From contig DJSQ01000188.1 of the NCBI GenBank assembly GCA_002438075.1, forward strand, positions 1-46,418: DNA of 46,418 nucleotides. Reading direction: 5' to 3'. Shown one piece after another: positions 18,982 to 27,191 of this stretch. Source of the DNA: Clostridiales bacterium UBA6330. GTDB lineage: Bacteria > Bacillota > Clostridia > Oscillospirales > CAG-272. The translations under genes were made by a program, and so were the position numbers. Under the pieces are notes generated by a model that did no database searches, was not told the DNA's origin, and saw only the letters and a list, made by a program, of their open reading frames with translations. The first letter of the stretch is position 1, and every line of letters starts with the position of its first letter.

Positions 18982-20022
18982 ATGACCGGCGCGATTCAGC
19001 TTCCGTATAAGACCCCGTGGTTCACCTTTTCGCTCGAGAGTGCCGCCGCTTGCCTTGCCATGCGCGGGCATCCGACGGCTTATCATGCGGTCCTGAACCA
19101 ATGCGTCACGCTCTCGTGCGCAAAGCGGTTTCTGGACGGCTGTGCGGGAACGCACACGGGAATTCCGCACGCCCGCATCGGGGATTTTTCCTGTCTGGAG
19201 CAATACACCGTTTCCTTTCGCTTCGGGCTCCCGTACTGTCGGGAAATCATTCGGGAGCTGCTGCACAAGGGCTTCTATATTTACTGCAACGGCGTGGACG
19301 GCTACGACCTGCCCGGCATGAGCGGCTATGGGCTCCGTCACGGGCACAACGACGGCATTTTGTGCGGGTATGACGATAACGACGGGACCTACAGCATTGC
19401 CGCCTATGACAGCACGCGGTGCTTCCGCCAAATCTGGCTCCCGCAGGAATGCTTTGAAGAGGGGCTTCGGTCCTGCCTTGCGCACGGAGCCTACAGCACG
19501 ATGACCGCTTGCCGTATGCGCGACCTGCGGGTACGGCTGAACGAGGGGCAGATGCTGCGGTATCTGAGCCTGTATCTCGAGGCGGACACGGACGTTTTCT
19601 CCCCGTTGCAGTCGGAGCGCAGTACGGTGGAGGGCATTGCGGTGCAGGAGCTTCTGGCGCTCTATTTCGGGCGGCTCGCCTGCGGAGAAATCCCGCTTTC
19701 GCGCGCGGACCGACAGGCACTTCGCGCGGTCTGGGAGCACAGGAAATGTATGCTGGACCGTTTGGAGCTGTTGGAGCGGCGACACGGCTGGGGATCCGCA
19801 TTCAGCTCGCGCTACCGTCCGCTTGTGGATGCGGCATATCGGGATCGGATGCTGTACGCGGTCAGCTGTCGGAGCCGCCGCCCCGACCTGCTTGAGGTGC
19901 TTCAGGGGGCACTGCGCGCGGAAAAGGCGGCGGAGCGCACGATTCTGTCCGACCTCCTCTGCACCGTGGAAAAGGATGAGCGGGACCTCGGACGTTGCCG
20001 AAATCCGCAAGGGGCTTCCTGA
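18982..20022 (+). CDS. hypothetical protein (possible papain-fold/BtrH-like N-domain plus helical C-domain)
   Basis: Strong RBS GAAGGAGGTG 6 nt upstream. ESAAACLAM and HGHNDGILCGYDD could be a Cys/His pair, but this is only a guess. Confidence 0.55.
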   Translation: MTGAIQLPYKTPWFTFSLESAAACLAMRGHPTAYHAVLNQCVTLSCAKRFLDGCAGTHTGIPHARIGDFSCLEQYTVSFRFGLPYCREIIRELLHKGFYIYCNGVDGYDLPGMSGYGLRHGHNDGILCGYDDNDGTYSIAAYDSTRCFRQIWLPQECFEEGLRSCLAHGAYSTMTACRMRDLRVRLNEGQMLRYLSLYLEADTDVFSPLQSERSTVEGIAVQELLALYFGRLACGEIPLSRADRQALRAVWEHRKCMLDRLELLERRHGWGSAFSSRYRPLVDAAYRDRMLYAVSCRSRRPDLLEVLQGALRAEKAAERTILSDLLCTVEKDERDLGRCRNPQGAS

Positions 20023-20084
20023 AGGTCCCCATGACCGCAAGCACGGCACTTTCCGTGCGCTTGCGACAGGGCGTGGATGCGTTA

Positions 20085-20453
20085 TCAGGGCTTTCCGTAG
20101 TAGGCAACGATTTCGCGGAGGGCTTGCAGCTCTGCCGAGGTCGGCGGCGCGAGCTCTCCGCCGTGATGCAAATCGTTTGTATTGGTGTCAAAAAACGCAA
20201 TGGTGCGCTTCAGCGCCGCAGTTTCCTGCGCGGTCAGCGTGGGGCGGGTGAGGCACCCGCGGTCGAGCAGATAAACGCCGCCGCGCCTGCCCGTGTCCAC
20301 GCAAATCGGCTTGGTGAGGCTGAGGTCGGTGATATCCCGCATCACGGTCCGTTCCGCCACGCCGAGCTCCTGCGCCAGCTCCCGCATGGTCCATTTCTCC
20401 CGAAGCGTCAGCAATCGGAGTATCCGTTCTTTGCGTTCCTGTGTATTTCTCAT
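20085..20453 (-). CDS. small HTH DNA-binding protein (DeoR/HTH_11-like N-terminus)
   Basis: Start moved to MRNTQERKERILRLLTLREKWTMRELAQELGVAERTVMRDITDL (RBS GGGAGGAA). Confidence 0.65.
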   Translation of the reverse strand: MRNTQERKERILRLLTLREKWTMRELAQELGVAERTVMRDITDLSLTKPICVDTGRRGGVYLLDRGCLTRPTLTAQETAALKRTIAFFDTNTNDLHHGGELAPPTSAELQALREIVAYYGKP

Positions 20454-20490
20454 GTGTTTCCTCCCTTCGCTCAAGGCTTTTCCGCCGAGC

Positions 20491-20529
20491 AAAAAAAACA
20501 GCTGACCCGCATGGCTTTCCATACGGGTC
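20491..20529 (-). terminator. terminator-like hairpin inside the 5' leader of 20085..20453(-)
   Basis: On the minus-strand RNA, GACCCGUAUGG-aaag-CCAUGCGGGUC (one G.U pair) is followed by AGCUG and U8. On the plus strand the same position is a C.A mismatch. Confidence 0.45.
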
Positions 20530-20661
20530 GGTTTCTTTTTTTGTTTGTCCGATAATAAGTTGACCGAGCGCCGAAAAAGTAACGGGAGAAAACCGAAAAC
20601 GGTAAAATTCCTTCCTTTTTTCTTTTTTCTGACAATTTTCGACACGAAATATAACATCGGA

Positions 20662-20702
20662 GGTAATCGGATGGACTGTTGGTGGATTTACATCCGATTA
20701 CC
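20662..20702. promoter_or_regulatory. 12-bp perfect inverted repeat, candidate operator or 5'-UTR hairpin upstream of the XRE-sigma gene pair
   Basis: GGTAATCGGATG (20662-20673) / CATCCGATTACC (20691-20702), 44 nt upstream of the ATG at 20746. Confidence 0.35.
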
Positions 20703-20745
20703 TTTCGTGTAAAATAATAACATCAAGGAACGGGAGGCTTCGCAA

Positions 20746-21114
20746 ATGACAGAGAGAAACTTCAACCGAAATACGGACCCGGAAATGCGCCGCCGTCTGG
20801 GGCGCTTTTTTCAGTCGGGGAGGGTCAGAAAGAAGATGACGCAGGAGCAGCTGGCGGAGGCGCTGGGGATGACCAAGAAGTCCGTCAGCTTTATCGAGAA
20901 CGGAAAGACCTATCCGAGCCCCGAGAACATTTTTCGCATGACCAAGCTGTTGGACCTGTCATTGGATGAATTCGTGTTCGGCTGTACGCGAACGGGGCAG
21001 AATTCGGTCCTGCCCGAGCTGAACGACGCAATCGGAAAGCTGAATCCGGCAGAGCAGGAATGCCTTGTTCGGGTGATGTTCGAGATTTGCCGCATGGTGG
21101 AGGTCGAGGCGTAA
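20746..21114 (+). CDS. XRE family HTH regulator
   Basis: MTQEQLAEALGMTKKSVSFIENGKTYPSPENIFRMTKLLDLSLDEFVF. Confidence 0.8.
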   Translation: MTERNFNRNTDPEMRRRLGRFFQSGRVRKKMTQEQLAEALGMTKKSVSFIENGKTYPSPENIFRMTKLLDLSLDEFVFGCTRTGQNSVLPELNDAIGKLNPAEQECLVRVMFEICRMVEVEA

Positions 21115-21117
21115 AAA

Positions 21118-21720
21118 ATGGTTGGCGTGACGTATGAGGAAGCGTTCCGCGCCTTCCATCGGGAGATCGTTCGTTACTGCCTGTCCGAATTTCCGAACGA
21201 CTGCTATTGCGCGGAGGACCTTGCAAGCGAATGCTTCATGCTGCTCTATCGGAAATGGGACACCCTGCAAAGCCACGCACCGACCACGGTGCGGGTCTGG
21301 CTCTTCCGCACCGCGCGCAACAAGGTGCTGGACTGCAAAAAGAAGAAGCGTCTGCAAACGGTCTCCCTTGACGACGAGAGCGGGCGCGCCCGACTGGAGC
21401 GTGAGGCGGCGCACCTGCTCCACCACCTCGACGAGCGGGAGGAGACCGAGCGGTATCGGCATTACCTGACCGAGATACGGAACGCGCTGACCGAGCTCGA
21501 ATGGCGGCTGTTTGATCTGGTTGTGAATCAGGAGCAACCGTTTCGGCAGGTCTCCGAGCGCTTGGGGACCACGGAAGCGGCGGCGAAAATGCGCTGGCAC
21601 CGTCTGCGGGCAAAGCTGAAGGACTTCCTGTCGGGGCTGTTCGCGCAAATGGGCTTCCTGACGGACGGACATCGGAAGTCGCCTGCGGAAAAGCGGCAGA
21701 CCTCGTCGGGGCACAGCTGA
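21118..21720 (+). CDS. sigma-70 family RNA polymerase sigma factor (ECF-like, regions 2 and 4)
   Basis: Region 2: AEDLASECFMLLYRKW...VWLFRTARNKVLDCKKKK. Region 4: WRLFDLVVNQEQPFRQVSERLGTTEAAAKMRWHRLRAKLK. Confidence 0.8.
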   Translation: MVGVTYEEAFRAFHREIVRYCLSEFPNDCYCAEDLASECFMLLYRKWDTLQSHAPTTVRVWLFRTARNKVLDCKKKKRLQTVSLDDESGRARLEREAAHLLHHLDEREETERYRHYLTEIRNALTELEWRLFDLVVNQEQPFRQVSERLGTTEAAAKMRWHRLRAKLKDFLSGLFAQMGFLTDGHRKSPAEKRQTSSGHS

Positions 21721-21760
21721 AAGCCTGCACGACAATCCCTCCGTCGCGCTTCGCGTGTCA

Positions 21761-21788
21761 CCTCCCTTTATACAAGGGAGGCTTTTTT
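21761..21788 (+). terminator. intrinsic terminator
   Basis: CCTCCCTT-tatac-AAGGGAGG followed by CTTTTTT. Confidence 0.7.
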
Positions 21789-21930
21789 GCGTGGAAAAAA
21801 ACACCAATTGTAAAAAAATCCGTTTATTTGGCGCGCACCGTTGAAAAAGCGGAAAAAATGTGTTATAATGAATGCAGTATACAGAGTACAGAATGCAGAA
21901 TGCAGATTGGAGACGGAACGGAGGATGCCG

Positions 21931-22620
21931 ATGCGCAGTGCAATTTTATATGTTCACGGAAAAGGCGGAAGTCCCGAGGAAGCCGCACGGTTTGGTCAGC
22001 TTTTCCCGAGTCGGGCGGTGATGGGGCTGGATTATCGGTCCGAAACACCATGGGAAACGAGAGAGGAAATCCGCGTGGCGGTCGGTGCGCTGGCGCGGGA
22101 ATGCGACAGGGTGTCCCTGATTGCAAACAGCATCGGCGCGTATTATGCGATGAACGCGGGAATTGACGATAAGCTGGACCGCGCGTATCTGATTTCGCCC
22201 ATTCTGGATATGGAGCGCCTGATACTCGATATGATGCGTCGGGCAGGCGTGGACGAGGAAACCCTGCGCGAGAAGGGGACGGTCCCAACCGATTTCGGCG
22301 AGGTGCTCTCGTGGGAGTATCTGACCTATGTGCGGGAGCATCCCATAGAGTGGAACGTGCGGACCGACATCCTGATCGGCGGCGCGGATGCCATGCTCCC
22401 GCGCGAGGTGGCGGAGCAGTTTGCCGCAACCCATTCCGCCACGCTGACCGTGATGGAAAACGGGGAGCATTGGTTCCACACGCAGGAGCAATTGCGGTTT
22501 CTGGACCGCTGGCTTGCACGGTGTAAAAAGGCAACCGTCAGGTCAAAAACCTCCTCTTCAAGGTCCGAAATCAAGAACGAGAATAAGAACGATTCCGAAA
22601 ACAAAGGAGAAATACAATGA
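21931..22620 (+). CDS. alpha/beta hydrolase fold protein
   Basis: ILYVHGKGG ... LIANSIGAYYAM (G-x-S-x-G-type nucleophile elbow NSIGA). The start is chosen 6 nt after GGAGG; 21925 or 21841 are alternatives. Confidence 0.7.
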   Translation: MRSAILYVHGKGGSPEEAARFGQLFPSRAVMGLDYRSETPWETREEIRVAVGALARECDRVSLIANSIGAYYAMNAGIDDKLDRAYLISPILDMERLILDMMRRAGVDEETLREKGTVPTDFGEVLSWEYLTYVREHPIEWNVRTDILIGGADAMLPREVAEQFAATHSATLTVMENGEHWFHTQEQLRFLDRWLARCKKATVRSKTSSSRSEIKNENKNDSENKGEIQ

Positions 22621-22913
22621 TTCGGCACATTGTTTGCTTCAAGCTGAAGGACTGCACCCCGCAAAAGGCGCGGGAAGCGCGGGATTTGCTTCTGACGATG
22701 AAGGGGAGGGTCCCCGAGGTCATAGACCTGTTTGCGGGTGTGGATTTTCTGCACAGCGAGCGGAGCTATGACGTGATTCTGGAGGTTACGGTCAAGGACC
22801 GCGACGCGCTGGAGCGCTATCAGAAGGACCCGTACCATTGCGGAACCGTCAAAGCCCATATGCACGCCGTGCGGGAAGCCAGCGTTGCCGTGGACGTGGA
22901 AATCCCAGACTGA
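22617..22913 (+). CDS. Dabb (stress-responsive A/B barrel) family protein
   Basis: MIRHIVCFKLKD...VDFLHSERSYDVILEVTVKDRDALERYQKDPYH; the start overlaps the upstream stop. Confidence 0.85.
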   Translation: MIRHIVCFKLKDCTPQKAREARDLLLTMKGRVPEVIDLFAGVDFLHSERSYDVILEVTVKDRDALERYQKDPYHCGTVKAHMHAVREASVAVDVEIPD

Positions 22914-22986
22914 ATAAGTCTGCCCCCGAAGGCGGCTACGCAACCGCCGTTTTGTGAATTTACAGAAAAAGGAAGTATCAGCCTCT

Positions 22987-23874
22987 ATGTCTTTCATTCG
23001 GAAGCTCGGGAACACGCGCGTGTCCCGCTACCTTGCGATTGCATTGTTTGCGGTCGCCTTCGCAATGGTGTACGAAATTTTCGTGTTCCCCAACAGCTTT
23101 GCGCCTGCGGGAATCAACGGTATCGTCACCATGATTCAGTACCTCTTCCGCTTCAAGGTGGGGTATCTGTCGCTGATTGTCAATATCCCGATGCTGATTG
23201 TGGCGTGCTTTGTCCTCAACCGCTCCTATGCCCTTCGGACGCTGACCTTTATCCTCGTCTTTTCCGCCTCGCTCCTCATCAGCGAACGGCTTGGGATTGC
23301 CGAATCGGGAATCGTGTTCCAAGCGGAGGACGTTGGCGGCAGACTGCTCGCGGCAATTGCGGCGGGATTCTTCAACGGGTTCCTCTACAGTATGTCGGTC
23401 CGTATGGGCGGCTCCACGGGCGGGAGCGACGTGGTGGGCGAATTCATTCACCGCGCACATCCCGAATACAATACGGTGTGGATTATCTTCACCATCAACG
23501 CGGTTGTGGCGGTGGCATCATTCTTCGTGTATAACTTCCGCTACGAGCCGGTAATCCTCTGCGTGGTCTACATTTTCGTCAACGGCAGAACCTCGGATGC
23601 CATCTTCAAGGGTAACCGCGCGGCGGCAAAATTCGAGGTCATCACCACCCAGCCCGAGCAGCTCTCGCGTGAGCTGATTACCACCCTGCACCACGGCTGT
23701 ACCGTCCTGCGCGCGGAGGGAATGTATACCCACTCCAACCGCGCCATGCTGGTCTGCGTCATCAACCGCCGTCAGGTGGTGGATTTCGAGCGTATCATCC
23801 GTAAATATGACAATACGTTCGCCTATATTTCCACCGTGAACGGCATTGTGGGAAACTTCAAAAAGATTAAATGA
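22987..23874 (+). CDS. YitT family (DUF2179) membrane protein
   Basis: FVFPNSFAPAGINGIVTMIQY, multiple TM helices, C-terminal DUF2179-like TVLRAEGMYT...MLVCVINRRQVVDFERIIRKYD. Confidence 0.85.
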   Translation: MSFIRKLGNTRVSRYLAIALFAVAFAMVYEIFVFPNSFAPAGINGIVTMIQYLFRFKVGYLSLIVNIPMLIVACFVLNRSYALRTLTFILVFSASLLISERLGIAESGIVFQAEDVGGRLLAAIAAGFFNGFLYSMSVRMGGSTGGSDVVGEFIHRAHPEYNTVWIIFTINAVVAVASFFVYNFRYEPVILCVVYIFVNGRTSDAIFKGNRAAAKFEVITTQPEQLSRELITTLHHGCTVLRAEGMYTHSNRAMLVCVINRRQVVDFERIIRKYDNTFAYISTVNGIVGNFKKIK

Positions 23875-23940
23875 CCTCCGCCCTCGCGCGCACGATGCGC
23901 ACGTTGCGCGTGTATAAATGTAAATTTTGAAAAAAAGCTA

Positions 23941-23969
23941 TTGACAAATGCGGGAATCTGTGCTATAAT
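23941..23969 (+). promoter_or_regulatory. consensus sigma-70 promoter of the SipW/TasA-type locus
   Basis: TTGACA (23941-23946), 17 nt, TATAAT (23964-23969), with a TGc extended -10. Confidence 0.65.
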
Positions 23970-24029
23970 ACAAATGTTGTAATAGTAGGGAAAAATCGTT
24001 GGATAGATTCGCCAAAGGAGGCAGGACCC

Positions 24030-24140
24030 ATGCGTTGCTTCGGTAACGATTTGTCAAAACAGCCTGTACGGATTTGCGCACACCCCGTGTACGGGGCTTT
24101 TGGCTGTGCCTGCGAGGAGCGGACCGACACGCCTGCATAA
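24030..24140 (+). CDS. possible leader micro-ORF, 36 aa, Cys-rich: MRCFGNDLSKQPVRICAHPVYGAFGCACEERTDTPA
   Basis: AAAGGAGG lies 8 nt upstream of the ATG. The ORF sits in the ~275-nt leader between the promoter and the first gene. It may instead be non-coding structured RNA. Confidence 0.25.
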   Translation: MRCFGNDLSKQPVRICAHPVYGAFGCACEERTDTPA

Positions 24141-24244
24141 GGAAAACGCGCTTTGCGCCGTGCGAAAAAGCATGGCGCGGGGCGCGTGTTTGCGTACTTT
24201 GAACGGGAAAAGCGGCTTTTGCTTTTCCGAAAGGAGTTGACGGG

Positions 24245-24913
24245 ATGGAAAAAGAGATACATACGGGTGCGGGACGCGGCTTTCTGCGATTCCTCACGGG
24301 CATCCTGTGGTTTGTAATTGCGGTGCTGATGATCAGCAGTGTGCTCCTGATTGCGGAGTCCCTGCTGTTCGGCGACAGGATTCCCGGGAACATCAACTGG
24401 AAGCCTGCGGCGGCAAAGACGGGCGTCATGGAGCCGACCGTGAAAAAGGGCGATCTGGTGATTCTGCGCCCCGTGGGAGAGGAGGACCTGACCGTTGGAA
24501 CGGTGGTCTCCTATCATACCGACGGCGGCTATGTGCTGGGGCGGATTACCGAGCGGCACGGCGCGGTTTCGCTGGTCAAGGGAGATGCGGAAACCGAGAG
24601 CGTGGCGGTGGAGAACACCGACATTCGCGGGGTCTGGCGCGGCACGAGAATTCCGATGGTCGGCTACTTCGTCGCGGGTGTGCAGAGCGCCCCGGGGGTT
24701 GTGCTGATGGTTGTGGCGGTGGTCCTGCTGTACATGATTGTGATGGCAATCATTCGCAGAAGCTACGCGGACGAGGCGGTTGTGTATTTCGGCTCCGCAG
24801 AGGCGGAGGGATTGGCGTTTGTGCTTTGCAGTCTGTCGCTGTTCGGCGGAGGTCTGTATCTCAGACATATTATCCGCAAGGGCGGCGAGACGGAAAGGAG
24901 CGGTAGACGGTGA
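24245..24913 (+). CDS. SipW/ER-type signal peptidase I homologue lacking the catalytic Ser and His (pseudo-peptidase)
   Basis: AKTGVMEPTVKKGDLVILRP compared with the consensus SGSMEP..GD; GGYVLGRITER compared with the consensus VTHRI; TM helices at both ends. Confidence 0.75.
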   Translation: MEKEIHTGAGRGFLRFLTGILWFVIAVLMISSVLLIAESLLFGDRIPGNINWKPAAAKTGVMEPTVKKGDLVILRPVGEEDLTVGTVVSYHTDGGYVLGRITERHGAVSLVKGDAETESVAVENTDIRGVWRGTRIPMVGYFVAGVQSAPGVVLMVVAVVLLYMIVMAIIRRSYADEAVVYFGSAEAEGLAFVLCSLSLFGGGLYLRHIIRKGGETERSGRR

Positions 24914-25452
24914 CACTTCTCAAAAAATATAAAATCATCATTGCGGTGCTGGCGGCACTGCTGTCGGTGTCGTTGGTCCTGCTTGCCGTGCAGACGGTCA
25001 AACGGCTGCGCGCGGCATCGGGCGAGGTGACGGTGCGCAACAACAGCATCGGAGCCGTTGAGGAAAACTGGGAATTCGGCGGCGCGGGTCTGCTCCCCGG
25101 GGACAGCGAGAGCAAGACCTACACGGTGCGGCTCTCCCATAAGGAGGACCTGATGCTGGCGTTCTCGGTGCAGGTCTCGGACGATGCAAAGGGACTGGCG
25201 GACGCACTCATCATCAAGGTTGAGGATGCGGAAAACGGGCAGGTTCTTTGCGAGGAAAAGCTGAGCCGTGCGGCGGAAACCGTGTATTCGGAAAAGATTC
25301 TGTTCAACGGAAGCAAGGAACGGAAAATCCCGTATAAAATTACGGTAACGGTGGATGAAGCGGCGGATGGCGCGGCGCAGGATGCTTCACTGAAGCTGAG
25401 CTTCCGCTGGTCGGTCCTCTCCGCCGAATCAAAGGAGGGTGACGCAAAATGA
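24910..25452 (+). CDS. membrane-anchored/secreted beta-rich protein, weak TasA/TapA-like resemblance
   Basis: The GTG start overlaps the upstream TGA. N-terminal hydrophobic helix IIIAVLAALLSVSLVLLAV. Ends ...ASLKLSFRWSV. Confidence 0.5.
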   Translation: MTLLKKYKIIIAVLAALLSVSLVLLAVQTVKRLRAASGEVTVRNNSIGAVEENWEFGGAGLLPGDSESKTYTVRLSHKEDLMLAFSVQVSDDAKGLADALIIKVEDAENGQVLCEEKLSRAAETVYSEKILFNGSKERKIPYKITVTVDEAADGAAQDASLKLSFRWSVLSAESKEGDAK

Positions 25453-26003
25453 CCGAACAAGCGGCAAAGGGCGTAATCAGACGGCTGACGGTCAGCATCG
25501 TTGCAATCGTTCTGCTGACGGCGGCGCTTACCGTGACCACCTTCATTCTGGTTGTTTCCACGGTGTCAACCGACGGGCATCTGTTCTCCACGGGCAGTGT
25601 CCGCCTGAACCTGAATGACGGAAAGCCGATCGTCTCGGCGGGCGAATGCGTGTTTGCACCCGGGCAGAGCATGGAAAAGAGCTTTACGGTGGAGAATCTG
25701 GGCACCTGCGCGGTGTGGTATAAGATTTACTTCAGCAACGTCAGCGGCGCAATGGCGAACGCAGTGGAGGTGGAAATCCGCGACGGGGACAAGGTACTTG
25801 CAAGCGGGAAGCTGAACGACCTGAACGAGGAGAACACGGAGGCGTTTGCGGACGCGCTGGAAATCGGCGGCGAAAAAACGCTGACGGTTTGGTTTCACTT
25901 TGACGAGGACGCGGGTGACGAATTGCAGAATGCCCTGCTGAGCTTTGATTTCAGCGCGCGTGCAACGCAGGTCCCGAATAACCCCGACAAAAAGTTTCAT
26001 TAA
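25449..26003 (+). CDS. TasA/CalY (camelysin, peptidase M73-like) family protein
   Basis: N-terminal helix, then TDGHLFSTGSVRLNLNDG, FAPGQSMEKSFTVENLGT and C-terminal LLSFDFSARATQ. Confidence 0.6.
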   Translation: MTEQAAKGVIRRLTVSIVAIVLLTAALTVTTFILVVSTVSTDGHLFSTGSVRLNLNDGKPIVSAGECVFAPGQSMEKSFTVENLGTCAVWYKIYFSNVSGAMANAVEVEIRDGDKVLASGKLNDLNEENTEAFADALEIGGEKTLTVWFHFDEDAGDELQNALLSFDFSARATQVPNNPDKKFH

Positions 26004-26012
26004 GGTGGAGAA

Positions 26013-26879
26013 TTGAGCATGGATGAAGAAGTAAAAACGCAAACGGTTCCGAAGCGGGAAAAGGCCCTGAATCTGATGAAGAATATTGTGACATGGGTCG
26101 TGGTCGCCGTGGCGGTTTTCATGATGATCTTTACCATCATTTCCGCAACCACGCTGAATCGGAACGACCGCAGTCTGTTCGGGCTGAAGATGTATAAGGT
26201 CCTGTCCGACTCCATGAAGGCAACCGATTTTGCGGCGGGCGACTTGGTGTTTGTCAAGGCGGTGGACCCCGCAACGCTGAAGGAGGGGGACATCGTTTCC
26301 TACATCTCACAGAATACCGAGAACTTCGGCGAGACCGTGACGCATAAAATCCGCAGACTGACCACCGATGCGGAGGGTAACGCGGGCTTTGTGACCTACG
26401 GTACCACGACCGATACCGACGACGAAAAGGTGGTTACCTACCCGTTTGTGGTGGGAAAATACCAATTCCACATCCCGAAGCTTGGCTATTTCTTCGACTT
26501 CCTCAAAACCACCCCCGGCTATATCGTCTGTATCCTAGTCCCGTTCCTGCTCCTGATTCTTTCGCAGGGACTGACGAGCGTGCGGCTGTTCAAGCAGTAT
26601 AAGTCCGAGCAGAACGCGGCGCTGGAGGAGGAAAAAGCCAAGCTCGCCGCCGAAAAAGAGGAAACGCAGAAGATGATGGCGGAGCTGATGGCGATGAAGG
26701 CGCAAATGGAAGCGCAGAACGCACAGACGGCACAACCTGCTCAGCCTGCACAACCCGCACAGACGGCGGAGCCCGCAGAAGCGGAGCAGCCGACCACCGA
26801 GCCCGCAGAGGTGGCATCGGAAGAGCCGACAGCGCCTGCGGAGCCCGCAGAGACGGCAGAGACGCAACGGGCGGAGTAA
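26013..26879 (+). CDS. sipW: signal peptidase I, SipW (ER/archaeal) type, with ~100-aa coiled-coil/PAQ-PAE C-terminal tail
   Basis: KVLSDSMKATDFAAGDLVFV (Ser box), GETVTHKIRRL (His box), TM helices N- and C-terminal to the catalytic domain. Confidence 0.85.
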   Translation: MSMDEEVKTQTVPKREKALNLMKNIVTWVVVAVAVFMMIFTIISATTLNRNDRSLFGLKMYKVLSDSMKATDFAAGDLVFVKAVDPATLKEGDIVSYISQNTENFGETVTHKIRRLTTDAEGNAGFVTYGTTTDTDDEKVVTYPFVVGKYQFHIPKLGYFFDFLKTTPGYIVCILVPFLLLILSQGLTSVRLFKQYKSEQNAALEEEKAKLAAEKEETQKMMAELMAMKAQMEAQNAQTAQPAQPAQPAQTAEPAEAEQPTTEPAEVASEEPTAPAEPAETAETQRAE

Positions 26880-26918
26880 ACAGTAACAATAATAACAATA
26901 AGAAAGAAAAAACAAGCC

Positions 26919-26979
26919 CTCCACGAAACGTGGAGCGGCTACCGTAGAGCGAAAGCGGCGCTTGCGTCCTACGGTAGCC
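26919..26979 (+). other. intercistronic double stem-loop, copy 1
   Basis: CTCCACG-aaa-CGTGGAG, then GGCTACCGTAG...CTACGGTAGCC. No U-tract follows. Confidence 0.55.
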
Positions 26980-27009
26980 GAGAGGCATAGACAGAAGGGA
27001 GAACGGTTT

Positions 27010-27066
27010 ATGAGAATTGCACAAATCGGCAAATTATACCATGGGGGGGGGCATCGTCTCTTTTAG
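27010..27066 (+). CDS. leader micro-ORF containing the G9 tract: MRIAQIGKLYHGGGHRLF
   Basis: RBS AAGGGAGA is 6 nt upstream; the Q.IG.LY.GGG core is shared with the micro-ORF at 28986..29072. Confidence 0.3.
   Translation: MRIAQIGKLYHGGGHRLF
27043..27051. repeat. homopolymeric G9 tract
   Basis: Counted directly: ccat-ggggggggg-catc. Confidence 0.95.
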
Positions 27067-27191
27067 ATTGGTAAAAACAACTAATTGTGACGGTAAAGAT
27101 AAGACCAAATAGCGGAAGGTCTCCGATGTGTCGACGCGGGAAGCCTTCCTGACCGTGCGTCGGCAAATTCTCAAAAAGGAGATCGAAAAAA

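Noticed and set aside
23970-24244. c-di-GMP (GEMM-I) riboswitch in the leader of the fibre locus
   Set aside because: There are only loose resemblances (GGGAAAAA..., CGCCAAAGG). The conserved ACGCAAAGC core and the tetraloop/receptor arrangement cannot be found by eye. A covariance-model search is needed before any such claim.
26695-26870. PAQ/PAE-encoding short repeats in the sipW 3' region
   Set aside because: This is low-complexity coding sequence for the cytoplasmic tail. It is imperfect and in frame, and is not an independent repeat feature.
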